A DNA stretch of 62,907 nucleotides, filler included, from Octopus bimaculoides (lineage: Eukaryota): assembly GCF_001194135.2 (NCBI RefSeq). It is 7 parts of 7 records of this genome, joined end to end, with 100 filler letters (N's around TTAATTAATTAA, not from the genome) between each part and the next. Parts side by side here need not be neighbours in the genome. Positions count along the whole stretch, not along the records: positions 1 to 29,934 come from NC_068990.1; 6 more parts are not named here. One strand, given 5' to 3'. The notes beneath the pieces were generated by a model. It did no database searches. It was not told where the DNA came from and worked only from the letters and a program-made list of their open reading frames with translations. The position numbers were made by a program, and so were the translations under genes. This document shows, in pieces, positions 1 through 11,288 of the stretch (the stretch's first letter is position 1; each line of letters begins with the position of its first letter).

Positions 1-199
1 CTAGTTTTGGCAGGCCCCATTCTATCCGAATATTCCTTTCCGGAGTGATTATCGGATGACATTTTGAAATGAGGTTACATGCATATACAAGTTTTTATAA
101 GCAAACATTCCACCACGTACGTTGTTTGTGGTATCAGCTCTATTAGCCGTATCTAGAAAGCTGTAAGTGTTTTTTAGATATGTATATATATATATACAC

Positions 200-360
200 G
201 ACGGGCTTCTTTCAGTTTCCGTCTACCAAATCCACTCACAAGGCTTTGGTCGGCCCGAGGCTATAGTATAAGACACTTGTCCAAGGTACCACGCAGTGGG
301 ACTGAACCCGGAAACTTGTGGTTGGTACGCAGGCTACTTACCACATAGCCACTCCTACGC
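200..360 (-). mobile_element. tRNA-headed SINE family A (CORE-like), head module
   Basis: Reverse complement matches the window consensus GGCGCAGGAGTGGCTGTGTGGTAAG...GGTTCAGTCCCACTGCGTGGCACCTTGGGCAAGTGTCTTC...GAAAGAAGCCCGTC. Confidence 0.85.
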
Positions 361-728
361 AGATATATAGGTATGTCATATTTTCCGCTTCTCTTTTTAT
401 TTAATCCTTAAAAAAAACATACGTATCTTGACTAAAGAAAGATAGCTCTGAAAACATTCAAAATGCAATTCGTTGCAAAGGGCTTGTTGAGCTACAAAAG
501 AGTGAAAACCGCTGTATATAGTGCTTTTCATCTCTACTCCGAATTTATAGAGATTAAATCGATATAATCACCTATTCTCTTCCCTAAATCTAAAACTTTG
601 TGACTATGTAAGAAATTGTGTCAATAACATTTGGCAAAAATAAAACTCAAATTTTTCTGATCGTTTTTTGGATTGTCACATGCCCATTGTTAAAAAAAAT
701 TCCTTTACTGACAGCTTCTCTATCACAG

Positions 729-802
729 GGACGTCTTGAGGTGCCAGTTCTTGATATTTTGAAATGTATTGAAATTGAGTCAACTTCAGAGATACTTGAA
801 TG
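729..802 (+). CDS. Candidate coding exon of an unidentified spliced gene (GRLEVPVLDILKCIEIESTSEILE/W)
   Basis: Acceptor TTCTCTATCACAG with upstream TACTGAC, donor TG|GTGAGA; open frame; phase-compatible with 952-1054. No homolog recognised. Confidence 0.4.
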
Positions 803-951
803 GTGAGATAATCCTATCAGCCCCCGAAAGCTGTGCCTATTCACAACTAAAAACTTAAACTAAACTGGGTTACTCTAAGGCAAAAATTATCTGTCTGACA
901 TTTGGAGTTGTGATAGAAACATAATATTCTATTAATAGTAAATGTGTATAG

Positions 952-1054
952 GAATATTGTAGAGCAAGTACGAGGAACCTTCTTAAATATAGAGAGAAAG
1001 AAGTACCGAGATGTTTTCAGGGAATTTTCCTGTGGAGGAATTCCCAAGTTTTCG
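952..1054 (+). CDS. Candidate coding exon (W/NIVEQVRGTFLNIERKKYRDVFREFSCGGIPKFS)
   Basis: TATAG acceptor, TCG|GTATGA donor; the phase-2 join to 729-802 rebuilds a TGG codon and stays open. Confidence 0.4.
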
Positions 1055-1178
1055 GTATGATAATACCATGGCTGCCGAATTATAGTGGAAATATACATAT
1101 ATGTCCGTATATAAAACAACTGAAATATCTCTGAGAAAGCACTTACCACGGATTAGTTTATAGCTTCGTATATTACAG

Positions 1179-1292
1179 ACCAGTGACTATATAAGGAACA
1201 ACTGCTATTACTTAGTGCCGTATGAAACCAGCATCAAGAATAGCATAAGTTATGAGTGCTTAATTTTCAAGGGCCGAGCGCTAAATGCTTAA
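1179..1292 (+). CDS. Candidate exon (TSDYIRNNCYYLVPYETSIKNSISYECLIFKGRALNA*); may instead splice at CC|GTATGA near 1219
   Basis: TATTACAG acceptor, phase 0, compatible with the previous exon; 3' end uncertain. Confidence 0.25.
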   Translation, partial: TSDYIRNNCYYLVPYETSIKNSISYECLIFKGRALNA

Positions 1293-1319
1293 TTTTCAAG
1301 GGCCGAGCGCTAAATGCTT
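1257..1319. repeat. Perfect 29-bp tandem duplication TGCTTAATTTTCAAGGGCCGAGCGCTAAA x2
   Basis: Identical units at 1257-1285 and 1286-1314, plus a further TGCTT. Confidence 0.95.
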
Positions 1320-2804
1320 TATTATCATAGTACAATACTGACTTTAACTTTAACGAACTTTTATGAATGCATAATGCTGATCCAATGCACGAAATACCTC
1401 TTATTTCCAATACACTTTAAAGGATTTGCTTTGCAAAATATCAATTCAGATTCAGTGATTCTACTGCGGTTCTATTACCATAATAGTATACTTATATCTC
1501 TTTCAGCTTTTATGAACGACTCAGTGTTTAAGATTGATCTAATACTCAGAATACTTCGAGATCCAACATACGTAAAACTGAACAAATTACAACAATCAAA
1601 TTAAATTGTAATGATAAATGGGTAGATTTCATTTTTGTCAGATGCTAATTAATAGACTTGCCATTCTCTTTCTCTACTTCGACAACTTAAACTCATCATA
1701 CAATAATTGAGCTTAATTGTCATTTTTCTTATAAATCTGATCAGTTGAACGAATCAGATTACTACTAACATAGTATAGATATCGTAGAGCAAAGCATCTG
1801 CATTAAACCGAATGAGGATTTTTAAATAGGTAACAAAAATTTTATTGTGTGCATTTTCTACTTCAACATTATGCCGTTAAGCAAAACTATAGCACAAATA
1901 ACGAGTTTAAATTGATATAGCCGCATTTCCCAAGTTAGACCACAAAAACAAATTTGTAATATAATTGGGTTATGCATCAAGAGAGAATATTTAACTGGTG
2001 CAAGTTAAAGCTTGAAGTAACAATTTCTCTATTTTAATGAACCAGAGTAACGTAAAATTTCAGCATTGCGTTTTTATGCCTTTGTTTAAAATATCAAGAT
2101 CTATTGAAGAAGGTTTTTCCCATTCAAATTCGTCTCTCGGAGTTAATCTTCTAAATGTCTCAAATACGTCGATTAGGTAAAATAATAAATACTGAAACCA
2201 ATGCATTCATTTGCCTTACCTCCCTCACGGTGATAGCTGATGCAGAGTTTCTTCAAATACGCAGTTGGATCTATCAACACAACATCCATCAACACCAAAA
2301 CTGGCTCAACCACCGCCATTACAAACTCAATAACTCCTTAAAGACTAACATTAGTATGAACACGATAAGCAACTCCATCTAAACTATTAGACAATCAGTT
2401 CAGATGATGTAATACCCTAGGGTATTTTAAAAGTTGAGTGAAATACCTCAGATTTGAGCTCACAGTGGATTGACTTAAATTTAAACAGCACAATGAACAA
2501 AAACTATATTATCACTGTCACAACCAACCCATCAACGATCACCAACACCATAAACAATACCACCTACCATCACCAACGCCACTTCCAACCCACAGCTAGC
2601 AACAAAAATAATAGTATCAGCATAATAGCAATATCTGTAAATGCATATTTTGTACGTCAGTACAACAGTGTTTGTGCGAGTGTGGAGTCCATGTGGTTAA
2701 AGTCAGAGGTGCGAGGGGTACAGAGCTCTCGAACCTGGTAACCCTTTAACTAACTGTAATCATGCAGTACTTCAATCCTTCACTCTTTCACCTCGCTCCG
2801 ATGC

Positions 2805-2809
<5 letters not shown>

Positions 2810-2853
<44 letters not shown>

Positions 2854-2937
2854 CGTATTCAAACAATATATATATACATACATACGTATTCAAACAATAT
2901 ATATATGTATATGTATATATATATATANNNNNNNNNN

Positions 2938-2989
<52 letters not shown>

Positions 2990-3170
2990 CACACACATAT
3001 ATCTTTATGTACATATATGTACATGCATGCATATATATGTGTGCATACATATATACATATGTATGTGCATACATACATATATATATACTTATATATATGT
3101 GTATACATATATACATGCATATATATTACTATATATATGTGCATACATATATACATATATACATACTTAT
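2810..3170. repeat. (TA)n / (CATA)-type compound microsatellite with small gap
   Basis: Read directly from the sequence. Confidence 0.95.
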
Positions 3171-3179
3171 ATCCATAGG

Positions 3180-3359
3180 AGAATTCACAAAAAACAACAA
3201 ACGAAGACAGGTGGTGTAAACAACAAATGGATGTATTAGTATAACGCCCTGGAATAGAGAAAGTCTTTAACGTTTCGAGCCTACGCTCTTCAACAGAAAG
3301 TAACACAGAAAAAAAACAAGGAGAGACGAAGAGACAGTAAGTAAAGGAAAGTAAAGAAA

Positions 3360-3410
<51 letters not shown>
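3180..3410 (-). mobile_element. Penelope-like terminal fragment carrying a minimal hammerhead-like motif, next to (TAA)n
   Basis: Homologous to 56530-56646; contains CTTT-CTGTTGA-AGAGCGTAGGCTC-GAA-ACGT-T-AAAG. Confidence 0.55.
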
Positions 3411-3413
<3 letters not shown>

Positions 3414-3630
3414 TGATGAAGGTTTTACATAAGTTAAAAAGTTCAAAGGCTTCAGACGTCGTGGTGTATTGCGGCGATTTCTTATCAGTAGATAGGTACA
3501 GCGTAATCCGTAGGCAGGAAAGGTGCAGCCGGAGAATGCAAAGTTCAGAATAAAAAAGTCCAGAATATACATATACATACATACACACATAGATACATTC
3601 ATACATTCTTTCATGCATACATACATACAC

Positions 3631-3972
3631 ACAGGGTGCGTAAGATGTTTGAGGACATATTTATGTTTATAACAAAACAGATATATAATAACAGATATAT
3701 AATAACAGATAATAACTTTATTTATCATAAAATATTATAAGGATAAAAATAAACTTTCTTTTATATAATGTTATTCAATAAATCCATCTTCAGCTTCAAC
3801 AACTGCTTCTACATGAGATCTAAATCATCTACATGCTCGATCAAGTGGTCCTAGTTCATTATGGACATTACTCTGACAATGGTAACTTTCAAAGAATCTT
3901 TGGCGTTATGGGCGTGTTCATATACCTCTCTCTCACCAACGCTCCACATGTAATAGTCCAATGCATTTATTA
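3631..3972 (-). mobile_element. Tc1/maT-like transposase 3' fragment with terminal sequence CAGGGTG
   Basis: Minus strand gives a decayed NxLDYYMWS...AHNAKDSLKVTIVRVMS...LLKLKMDLLN, matching the Tc1/maT C-terminus; related copy at 34975-35260. Confidence 0.75.
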
Positions 3973-3989
3973 AAGCTGCATCATCATCA

Positions 3990-4094
3990 CAGGATTGTTA
4001 CTCAGAGTTTCACGTTCCTGCTTGTCAGACTGTTGTGAGTATTTATCACACCTGTCCGACGAACAGGAACATGAACCTCTGAGTAACAGTCCTG
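3990..4094. repeat. 105-bp imperfect palindrome (CAGGA...TCCTG), probable hairpin MITE
   Basis: CAGGATTGTTACTCAGAG pairs with CTCTGAGTAACAGTCCTG; pairing continues inward to a 7-nt loop. Confidence 0.8.
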
Positions 4095-4203
4095 TAATAA
4101 TTTTGCGGCTTTAATACAAAGTATATCACTCTACCTTTGGTAATAGAGTGCTATTTTACCCCCTTGTTTGGCACATATCTGCTCAACTGTGTGTGTGTGT
4201 GTT

Positions 4204-5099
4204 TAGGGTCATCCGATAAATAACACAGTTTTTTCAATGGCATGAACTAAAAGTCGGAAGGGGACGGGATAAATTACCTGCATCAACTTGCTATGAAAGC
4301 AGGTAATAATTTTACCCTGTCTTTATTCTTAGTGCAAATTTTGAAGAGTGCAATTCAATTTTAACAGTTGTTTTTTCAATGCTACAAAGAAAGTGAGAAA
4401 GGAGCACATTCGGCATATTTTGCTTTGAGTTCAATAAAGAAAACGATGCAACGGAGAGTGCGAAGAATATTAATTCAATATATGGGGATCCGACAAGAGT
4501 AAGCCAGTGTCAACGGTGGTTCCAAAAATTCCGAGTTGGAAACTACAGCCTAAAAGACGAGCCTAGACCTGGATGATCTGTAGAGCTCGAAGAGAACGTC
4601 CTGCAAACCCTAGTGGAAAAAAAATCCCTTCGTAGCTATTGAGAAAGTAGCATAAAAGCTTGGATTTGATCATTCAACCATTTATCAACACCAGCGTGCC
4701 ATCGGAAAAGTCAGCAAATTGGATTAATGGGTTCCTCACAAACTTTCCGAGTCTAATCGTGTGCAGAAAGTGAATATGTGCTCATCTTTGTTGTCACCTC
4801 TCACGAATGAACCATTTTTGGAACGAATAGTGACTGGTGATGGGTTCTCTATAAAAATGTCAAGCGCCATAGACAGTGAGTAAGTAAAGGAGAAATACCA
4901 GCACCCTAGGCTAAAAAAGGTCTTCACCCATGTAAGGTATTGTTATCTGTTTGGTGGGATATAAATTAGTCTACGTTGAACTTTTAGTTCCAAACCAAAC
5001 AATAGTTAAAGGAAATCTACTGCGAGCAGCTTCAGTGGCGTAAGCAACACTAGAAGAAAAACGATCATCTTTGGTTTCAAGACGAAAGGTGTTCTTCCA
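4204..5099 (+). mobile_element. Decayed mariner (DD34D-type) element, 5' part running into a gap
   Basis: TIR-like start TAGGGTCATCCGATAAATAACACAG; frames read EHIRHILL..QCQRWFQKFRVGNYSLKDEPRPG and RIVTGD; same family as 57179-58210. Confidence 0.9.
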
Positions 5100-5204
5100 N
5101 NNNNNNNNNNNNNNNNNNNNNNNNNNNNNNNNNNNNNNNNNNNNNNNNNNNNNNNNNNNNNNNNNNNNNNNNNNNNNNNNNNNNNNNNNNNNNNNNNNNA
5201 TGCA

Positions 5205-5366
5205 CAGATGCAGGCATGGCAGTGTAGTGAGAAGTTTGCTTCCTGACCACATGGTCCCAGGTTCAATCTCACTGCATGAAACCTTGGGCAAGTGTCTTCT
5301 ATCATAGACTCAGTGCAATCGAAGCCTTCTAAAAATGTTTGGAAGACAGAAACTGAAAGACGGGCC
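5205..5366 (+). mobile_element. SINE family A head
   Basis: Similar to the family A consensus, including ACCTTGGGCAAGTGTCTTC. Confidence 0.75.
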
Positions 5367-5379
5367 AGTGCACGCATGC

Positions 5380-5415
<36 letters not shown>

Positions 5416-5419
5416 ACAT

Positions 5420-5578
5420 GCGAAGGGATTCTTTTAGTCTCCCTATACCAGTCCACTTCAATCAGACTGAGACTATAGGAAAAGACACTTGAACAAAGGG
5501 GCCATGCAATGTGACTGAACCTAGAACCATGTGGCTGGGAAGCAAATTTTTTTACCACACTGCCATGCCAGTGCCTAT
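5420..5578 (-). mobile_element. SINE family A head, inverted relative to the 5205 copy
   Basis: Reverse complement resembles the family A consensus. Confidence 0.7.
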
Positions 5579-5759
5579 ACTCATATTTATATAAAGATCT
5601 GATATTTCATGAAAAATTTCACCAGTGAAAACTTGGTAATTTAAATCATTGGAACCATAAATTGCATAAACACTTTCAGCCCATTAACAGAAATATCTCC
5701 ACTGATTTTAACCTTGACCTTCCCTCTTCATTCTTTCTGTTTTGCCTGCTCCTTCTTAC

Positions 5760-6050
5760 ACTCACCATTCTAATCCATACCATGTTATTGCTTTCACCAC
5801 CACCACTACCACCTCTACCACCATCACCTTCATCACCATCACTTGCAACATAGTTATCATCATCATCATCATCTTCATCATCATTGCCATTGCCTTTGTC
5901 ATAGTCATCATCATCATTATTGTCATCATCATTATCATCATCATTGACATCATTGTTGTCATGATTTTCATCGTCAGCTTTGTTGTTGCGATTGTTGTTG
6001 TTGTTGTTGCTATCATCACCATGATATTTTTCATCATTACCATTACGATG
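5760..6050. repeat. Degenerate (CAC/CAT/TTG)n trinucleotide low-complexity tract
   Basis: Read directly; it explains the Ile/Met-rich ORF calls. Confidence 0.9.
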
Positions 6051-6844
6051 TGACTAATTTTTTTCCTGCTTGTTTAAATTTATATCAACTCTACTTCAAT
6101 TAGACAAATGTTGAACATTAATCAAAGACACTGTTAACTACTAGTAAACCATGTTAACTCATGTTCAAAACTACTATGCAATATTTATTAAATGAGCTTT
6201 TAAGGAAACTTCTATGAGGTCGCTGAAGTTGTTAGAAATAGCAGCCATATGTTTCTGAAATCTCATTCTATGAAGTATACTGGCAGTTTGAAAGAGAAAG
6301 TAATGAACTTAGGCTTTTATTTGCTTACAATTTGACCAGCTCTTGAAAACAATATACACCTTAATTTATACTTATTCAGTAAGATATAAATATACACTAT
6401 TAATATCCAGTTCAAGTCCATATACTCAAACAAAAGAAGAGACTACATATTTAAACAAATGAACCAATATATTCATCTGATTAATATTGAATTCACTCAT
6501 TTTTACATTCCATTTAATATTCTAAGAATACTTTATTATAATTTAAATGCACAAGGTCAGATGAAACGGTTTCAAATTCTATGGGTATTTTAGGGAATCA
6601 AACAGCTGTATCTGAAAACTATAAAATACATCAGAAAGCCTTTCTACAATTTACATAATTACATAAAATTACAACACTTTACCCTTCAAAAATTACAGTA
6701 CAAAATTAATGAAGGAGCTCTTTGGATAATGCAGTTGTAAAACATAAAATGGTCTAGGTGTATTGCTTTTGATCTTACTTCTGAGCAATCAATGTTTACT
6801 GAAGTTAAACATCTCCACTTCCAACATTATCAATAACTAATGTT

Positions 6845-7065
6845 AAGGAAGTGAGCTGACAAAATCTTTAGTACTCCAGGTTTTGCAGTATTTCATTCAT
6901 CCTTAATTTCTGAGTTCAAATTCCGCTGAGAAAGATTTTGCCTTGCATCTATTATGGGGGGGGGGTCAATAAAAGAAGTACCAGTTGAGCACTAGGATGA
7001 ATGTAATTGACTCGCTCATTTCCCCTGAAATTGCTGGCCTTGTGCCAAAATTTGGAACTAGCATT
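6845..7065 (+). mobile_element. Degenerate SINE family B
   Basis: GAGTTCAAATTCCGCTGAG...TTTGCCTTGCATC...AAGTACCAGTTGAGCACT. Confidence 0.7.
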
Positions 7066-7229
7066 AATTAACATTAGTCAGAGCTAGCAATCTAAGATAT
7101 GCAGTAGCTAGATAATTGTTTAATTACTATCGACTACAGTTAAGCTGATACTCAGTATTAACGAGATCACTAAAGTAAATCTTTTACAAGTCAAATAAAG
7201 AAACAATGAATGAAATAAAAAATGAATTA

Positions 7230-7450
7230 ACCAACAATTTAGCATTCAGATTACTCTGTCAAATATTGTGCTTGTCTTTATTCACATTGTTTTGAATTTA
7301 TCATGCATTATTATCTCATAGTTTTAAGATTTCGGCGATGTGATTGTTTATTTTTATATTAACATTGAAGAGTAGTTGTGACAGTCAGTTTGAACACAAA
7401 ATAGACAGAATACTGGTTTGGATATGATTCGTTTAAAAGCTGGGTTATTT
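7230..7450 (+). mobile_element. piggyBac-type MITE, decayed
   Basis: Homologous to 19606-19824 (TTTAGCATTCAGATTACTCTGTCAAAT...). Confidence 0.65.
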
Positions 7451-7775
7451 AGCAAAGATCTTGAGTTCAAAGAAACTTGTAATTTGTCTGCATTGGCAAA
7501 AATAACCATTAATTAAATATTGGAAGGAAGCTTAGTTCATCAATGAAGGGACTTGCTTGAAATGTCAGAAACTATCTTCTTTAACATTTATCTTCCTGTT
7601 AGACAGTATTGCATTAAAACGTGTTTGTCAGCCAGTCCAGAAACACACAATATCACAAAATCATACTAACCTTGCTTACATTCATTTTGAAGGAAGTGAG
7701 AAACTCCCTAATGTAAAGAACCCTTCTTCTATCCATCATTTCAGTTTTGTAGCAGAAACATTACAGAAACATTAA

Positions 7776-7996
7776 GGCGGCGAGCTGGCTGAAACGTTAG
7801 CACACTGGGTAAAATGCTTAGCGGTATTTCATCCGTCGTTACGTTCTGAGTTCAAATTCCGCCAAGGTCCACTTTGCCTTTCATCCTTTCAGGGTCAATA
7901 AATTAAGTACCAGTTACGCACTGGGGTCGATGTAATTGACTTAATCCCTCTGTCTGTCCCCTCTATGTCTAGCCCCTTGTGAGCAATAAGGAAATA
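7776..7996 (+). mobile_element. SINE family B, full length with TSD
   Basis: Head GGCGGCGAGCTGGCTGAAACGTTAGC, B-box GAGTTCAAATTCC, body CCTTTCATCCTTTCAGGGTCAATAAATTAAGTACCAG; AGAAACATTA repeated at 7765-7774 and 7997-8006. Confidence 0.9.
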
Positions 7997-8499
7997 AGAA
8001 ACATTACAGGACTGGGCTTTTGATCCATAAAATTTTTAGCAAGATGTTAAGAATTATTGTTGCTGTTGCTGCTTTTAGTTAGTATTTTTATTATTTTTAC
8101 TTCAAACCAGACTATAGTATCCAATGTTCATTAAATTTTTTAAGACAGTAAAGGCATGATTTTTCAGAGATTTTGCTGCTATTTCTAGCAGTTTTAACAA
8201 CAGCATGGCAATTTCTTCATTCAACTATATGTAGATTCAATACAATGGTAACAAGAATTAGACAGTGTTGACAGTTCTTAGTGCTTTGCAGCTTCAGACA
8301 AACCTTACTAAAGTTGAGTATTGTTAACTACAGGTACAAAACACTTAAGTTGGGAACTATGCTTTGTGAGGTGAGTAGAAAATTCTTTTAAGTTATTAAA
8401 ATTACATATATAGTTTTGTAAAGATCACAAACTTTTGTTATTGAGAGAAATAAGGGAAACCATTCTGATATTCAAATTAATCTCAAGTCTGATCTTGTG

Positions 8500-8735
8500 C
8501 TGCATCAGCATGCCACTGATGTTGGTGATTCCTTATTCCTGATGGATGACACTTTTGCACCATTCAGGCAACAACCCTCTAACCCATAGATTTGTTTGGC
8601 TTGTCGTTGCTGGTGAGGGTCTGCAAAATGAGGTAGGTCTGCAAATCCTATTTCAAGTTCTTTTAGTCGCTTTTTACAACATATAGAGGAAACATTGGGT
8701 CGCTTCTTTGACATGGTGGTCTCCAAACAGCATTA
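8500..8735 (-). mobile_element. Decayed RTE-like LINE 3' fragment
   Basis: HFADPHQQRQAKQIYG resembles the RTE GH..RM...RLPKQI.YG motif; nucleotide homology to 29190-29290. Confidence 0.45.
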
Positions 8736-8744
8736 GAGCAACAT

Positions 8745-8848
8745 GGAAATGTTTGGTTCAAGAATACAACATGCAACCCAATCTGGGAACTGAGCCCACG
8801 ATCTAGCAATTGTGAGCACAACACCTCTAACTACCGGGCCATGCACCT
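8745..8848 (-). mobile_element. SINE family C head fragment
   Basis: Similar to the heads of 10952-11288 and 13761-14027. Confidence 0.55.
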
Positions 8849-8884
8849 AATAAGAATTATTTGTAATTTAGATGCAAAGTCAGC

Positions 8885-9010
8885 ACTTCTGAAGAGAAAA
8901 CTTTTGACAATTATGTCAACCCCAATACTTGGTTGGTACTTTATTTTATTGTCTCTAGAAAAGAAAAAAGCAAAAGTTAGCCTCAGCAGAATTTGAACTC
9001 AGAACATAGA
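8885..9010 (-). mobile_element. SINE family B fragment
   Basis: AGAATTTGAACTCAGAAC plus body similarity. Confidence 0.65.
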
Positions 9011-9224
9011 TGTATGGAAGGGAATATTCATCTAATTAATTTCAACAGTTGATTAGTATTTATGCTATTGATTCCAGGTAAGAATGTAAAGAAATTGAAA
9101 ATCAGTCTTGTGCAATATTCAAACTATCAAAGAATAACTAAACTACCATGTTGCACTTTTTTTACCCTGCCAGTGCTATGCCAATTTTATTACATCTGAA
9201 AATAGATTTGTTATTCTTAAACAT

Positions 9225-9440
9225 CCTTTCTACTCTAGGCATAAAGCCTGAAAGTTTGTCAAGAAGGGGCTAGTCAATAATATCACTGCTGGTACTAGAC
9301 TGATACTTATTTTAGTAACCCCTTTAGGAGTAAAAGACAAAGTCCACCATGGTGGAATTTGAACTCTGAACATAAAACCAGATGGAATGCCACGAAGCGT
9401 TTTTAATCTGGCATGCTAATGATTCTGCCAGATCACTGCC
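9225..9440 (-). mobile_element. SINE family B
   Basis: Tail TTTCTACTCTAGGC through head TGGCATGCTAATGATTCTGCCAG. Confidence 0.8.
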
Positions 9441-9977
9441 TTATTCATTATTCTTAATATAATACTACTTAGAGCAAAGTGTTTGATTATTTCCATTTTA
9501 TACATATTTGAAGTTCAACAATAATGATTCCACTGCTGAATAATTCCACCACTGGTCGGAGAAACCATCATATAGATTTCAAGTCTGCATTTCAGTAAAG
9601 AAAATATCTCCTGCTTGTGTTTTCTTCTTTAGAGAGATTTTCAAGGACTTTCATGAAAGAAGGAAGACCACTAGCATTTAAGGCAATTAGAGATTTGTAA
9701 CAGGATCTAGGTGATAAAGAAGCTATATAAGAAATATTACAAGTGTTCTGACTTGAGATTTCTCTAGAAGAAGGTGTATTGACCTTTAGTAAACAGTAGA
9801 GCACTTATACACATGTGCGTGTAAAGTAGAGATTAGCTTTGTGTAGAAACTAATGCACGGTGAATTAGTAACATTGTTTTTGCCTATGTATACACACCTT
9901 TAAAGATACTGAGTAGTATGCTTTCACATTTGTATGTTTTCATGCATATATAAACCTACACATACACAAATATACAT

Positions 9978-10016
<39 letters not shown>

Positions 10017-10282
10017 AATATGTATGTATATATGCATCTATACATATATATATATAAGCATTTACATATGTGTGTGCATGTCTCTCTCCTTCTCCCACTT
10101 TTTCTCTCCTTCTTTGTCTCTCTGTGAACTGCTATTAGTTTCATGTATCTGAAAATGCAATGGTCAGACAGGCTTCTATAGTGTGATATATTTTCAGGCA
10201 ATCATTCTGGCATGCTAAAAAAGCTTGTTTAACCAATGTATTTTCAGGGAAAATGAAACTAGTAGTAGCTCACATTTAAATC

Positions 10283-10311
<29 letters not shown>

Positions 10312-10316
<5 letters not shown>

Positions 10317-10642
10317 CTTTATTCATTTATTCTCTTACTTGTTTCAATCATTTGACCGTGGCCATGCTGGAGCACCACCTTTAGTCAAACAAATCAGCCC
10401 AGGACTCATTTTTTGTAAAGTGATGGTAGGGGACAAACACAGATACACAAATACACACACACACGCACATATATATATATAAATATATATGACGAGCTTC
10501 TTTCAGTTTCCATCTACCAAATCCACTCACAAAGCCTTGGTTGGCCTGAGGCTATAGTAGAAGATACTTGCCCAATGGTACTGAACCCGGTGCCATGTGG
10601 TTGGGAAGCAAGCTTCTTAACACCCAGCCACTCCTGCACCTA
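10312..10642 (-). mobile_element. SINE family A with internal microsatellite
   Basis: Both head and tail modules of family A are present. Confidence 0.85.
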
Positions 10643-10644
10643 TA

Positions 10645-10912
10645 TGTTTATATATATATATATATATAAGGTGCACTCCAGAAGGTTTGAGAATTTTTCT
10701 GGAAAGACATTTATTTATTTCAAAGGAGTACAAAACTCATCTTCTTTGAAGTAATATCCTCTGGCTCCAATGCACTAATTATAGCTCTCTAACCACTTTG
10801 TGAAGGCTCCATGGACCCATGGAAGTCCTTCACAGTGGAAGGTATCCAGGATCCTTACCACAATCTCCTTCATCTTCTCCTTCAGCTTGGAGAACATGTG
10901 GAGTGGACCAAC
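10645..10912 (-). mobile_element. Mariner 3' end fragment
   Basis: Minus strand reads MKEIVVRILDTFH...KWLESYN*CIGARGYYFKEDE, matching the mariner C-terminal W..RY.KCI...GDYFE motif. Confidence 0.7.
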
Positions 10913-10951
10913 TCATTGTAGCTGTTATACATTTCTTAGGGAGAGCAGTAA

Positions 10952-11288
10952 AGGTAAGGGGTAAAGACCCCCTTCAATCATGAATGACCATGGGATTGCA
11001 CCTAGAAAGTTCCCCTCTGAGGCTCAAGTCTGGGCAAGGTTGTTTATGGAAGACTAACAGTCATCTATACCAACCTCCCTTCTACATGCCACTAATGCCA
11101 AGGGAAAGGCAAAGGCTGATACAGCTTGGCACCAGTGATGCAATTCATTTCTACAGCTGAGTGAACTGGAGCAACGTGAAATAAAGTGTCTTGCTCAAGA
11201 AGACAACACATATCCTGGTTTGAGAATCAAACTCACTACCTCATGATTATGATCCTGACACTCTAACCACTGAGCCACGCACCTCCAT
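10952..11288 (-). mobile_element. SINE family C with 13-bp TSD
   Basis: tRNA-like head TGGAGGTGCGTGGCTCAGTGGTTAGAG; flanks GGGAGAG(C/T)AGTAA at 10939-10951 and 11289-11301. Confidence 0.85.

Noticed and set aside
2085-2382. Exon-like frames on both strands (DVFETFRRLTPRDEFEWEKP; VIEFVMAVVEPV..; SIEEGFSHS..)
   Set aside because: Splice phases could not be reconciled, part of the region is decayed (AAC/ACC)n, and no homolog was recognised.
2411-2426. Perfect 16-bp palindrome AATACCCTAGGGTATT
   Set aside because: A single short palindrome with no supporting context.
2762-3630. Long YI/IY/CV/HT/SL-rich ORFs here and at 29547-31720, 33617-35816, 41203-42864, 44004-44730, 54258-55761 and 59755-62442
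   Set aside because: They are translations of microsatellites and N gaps.
9510-9804. Minus-strand frames, including one with an in-frame TGA suggesting selenocysteine
   Set aside because: No SECIS, no recognisable selenoprotein context and no consistent splice model.
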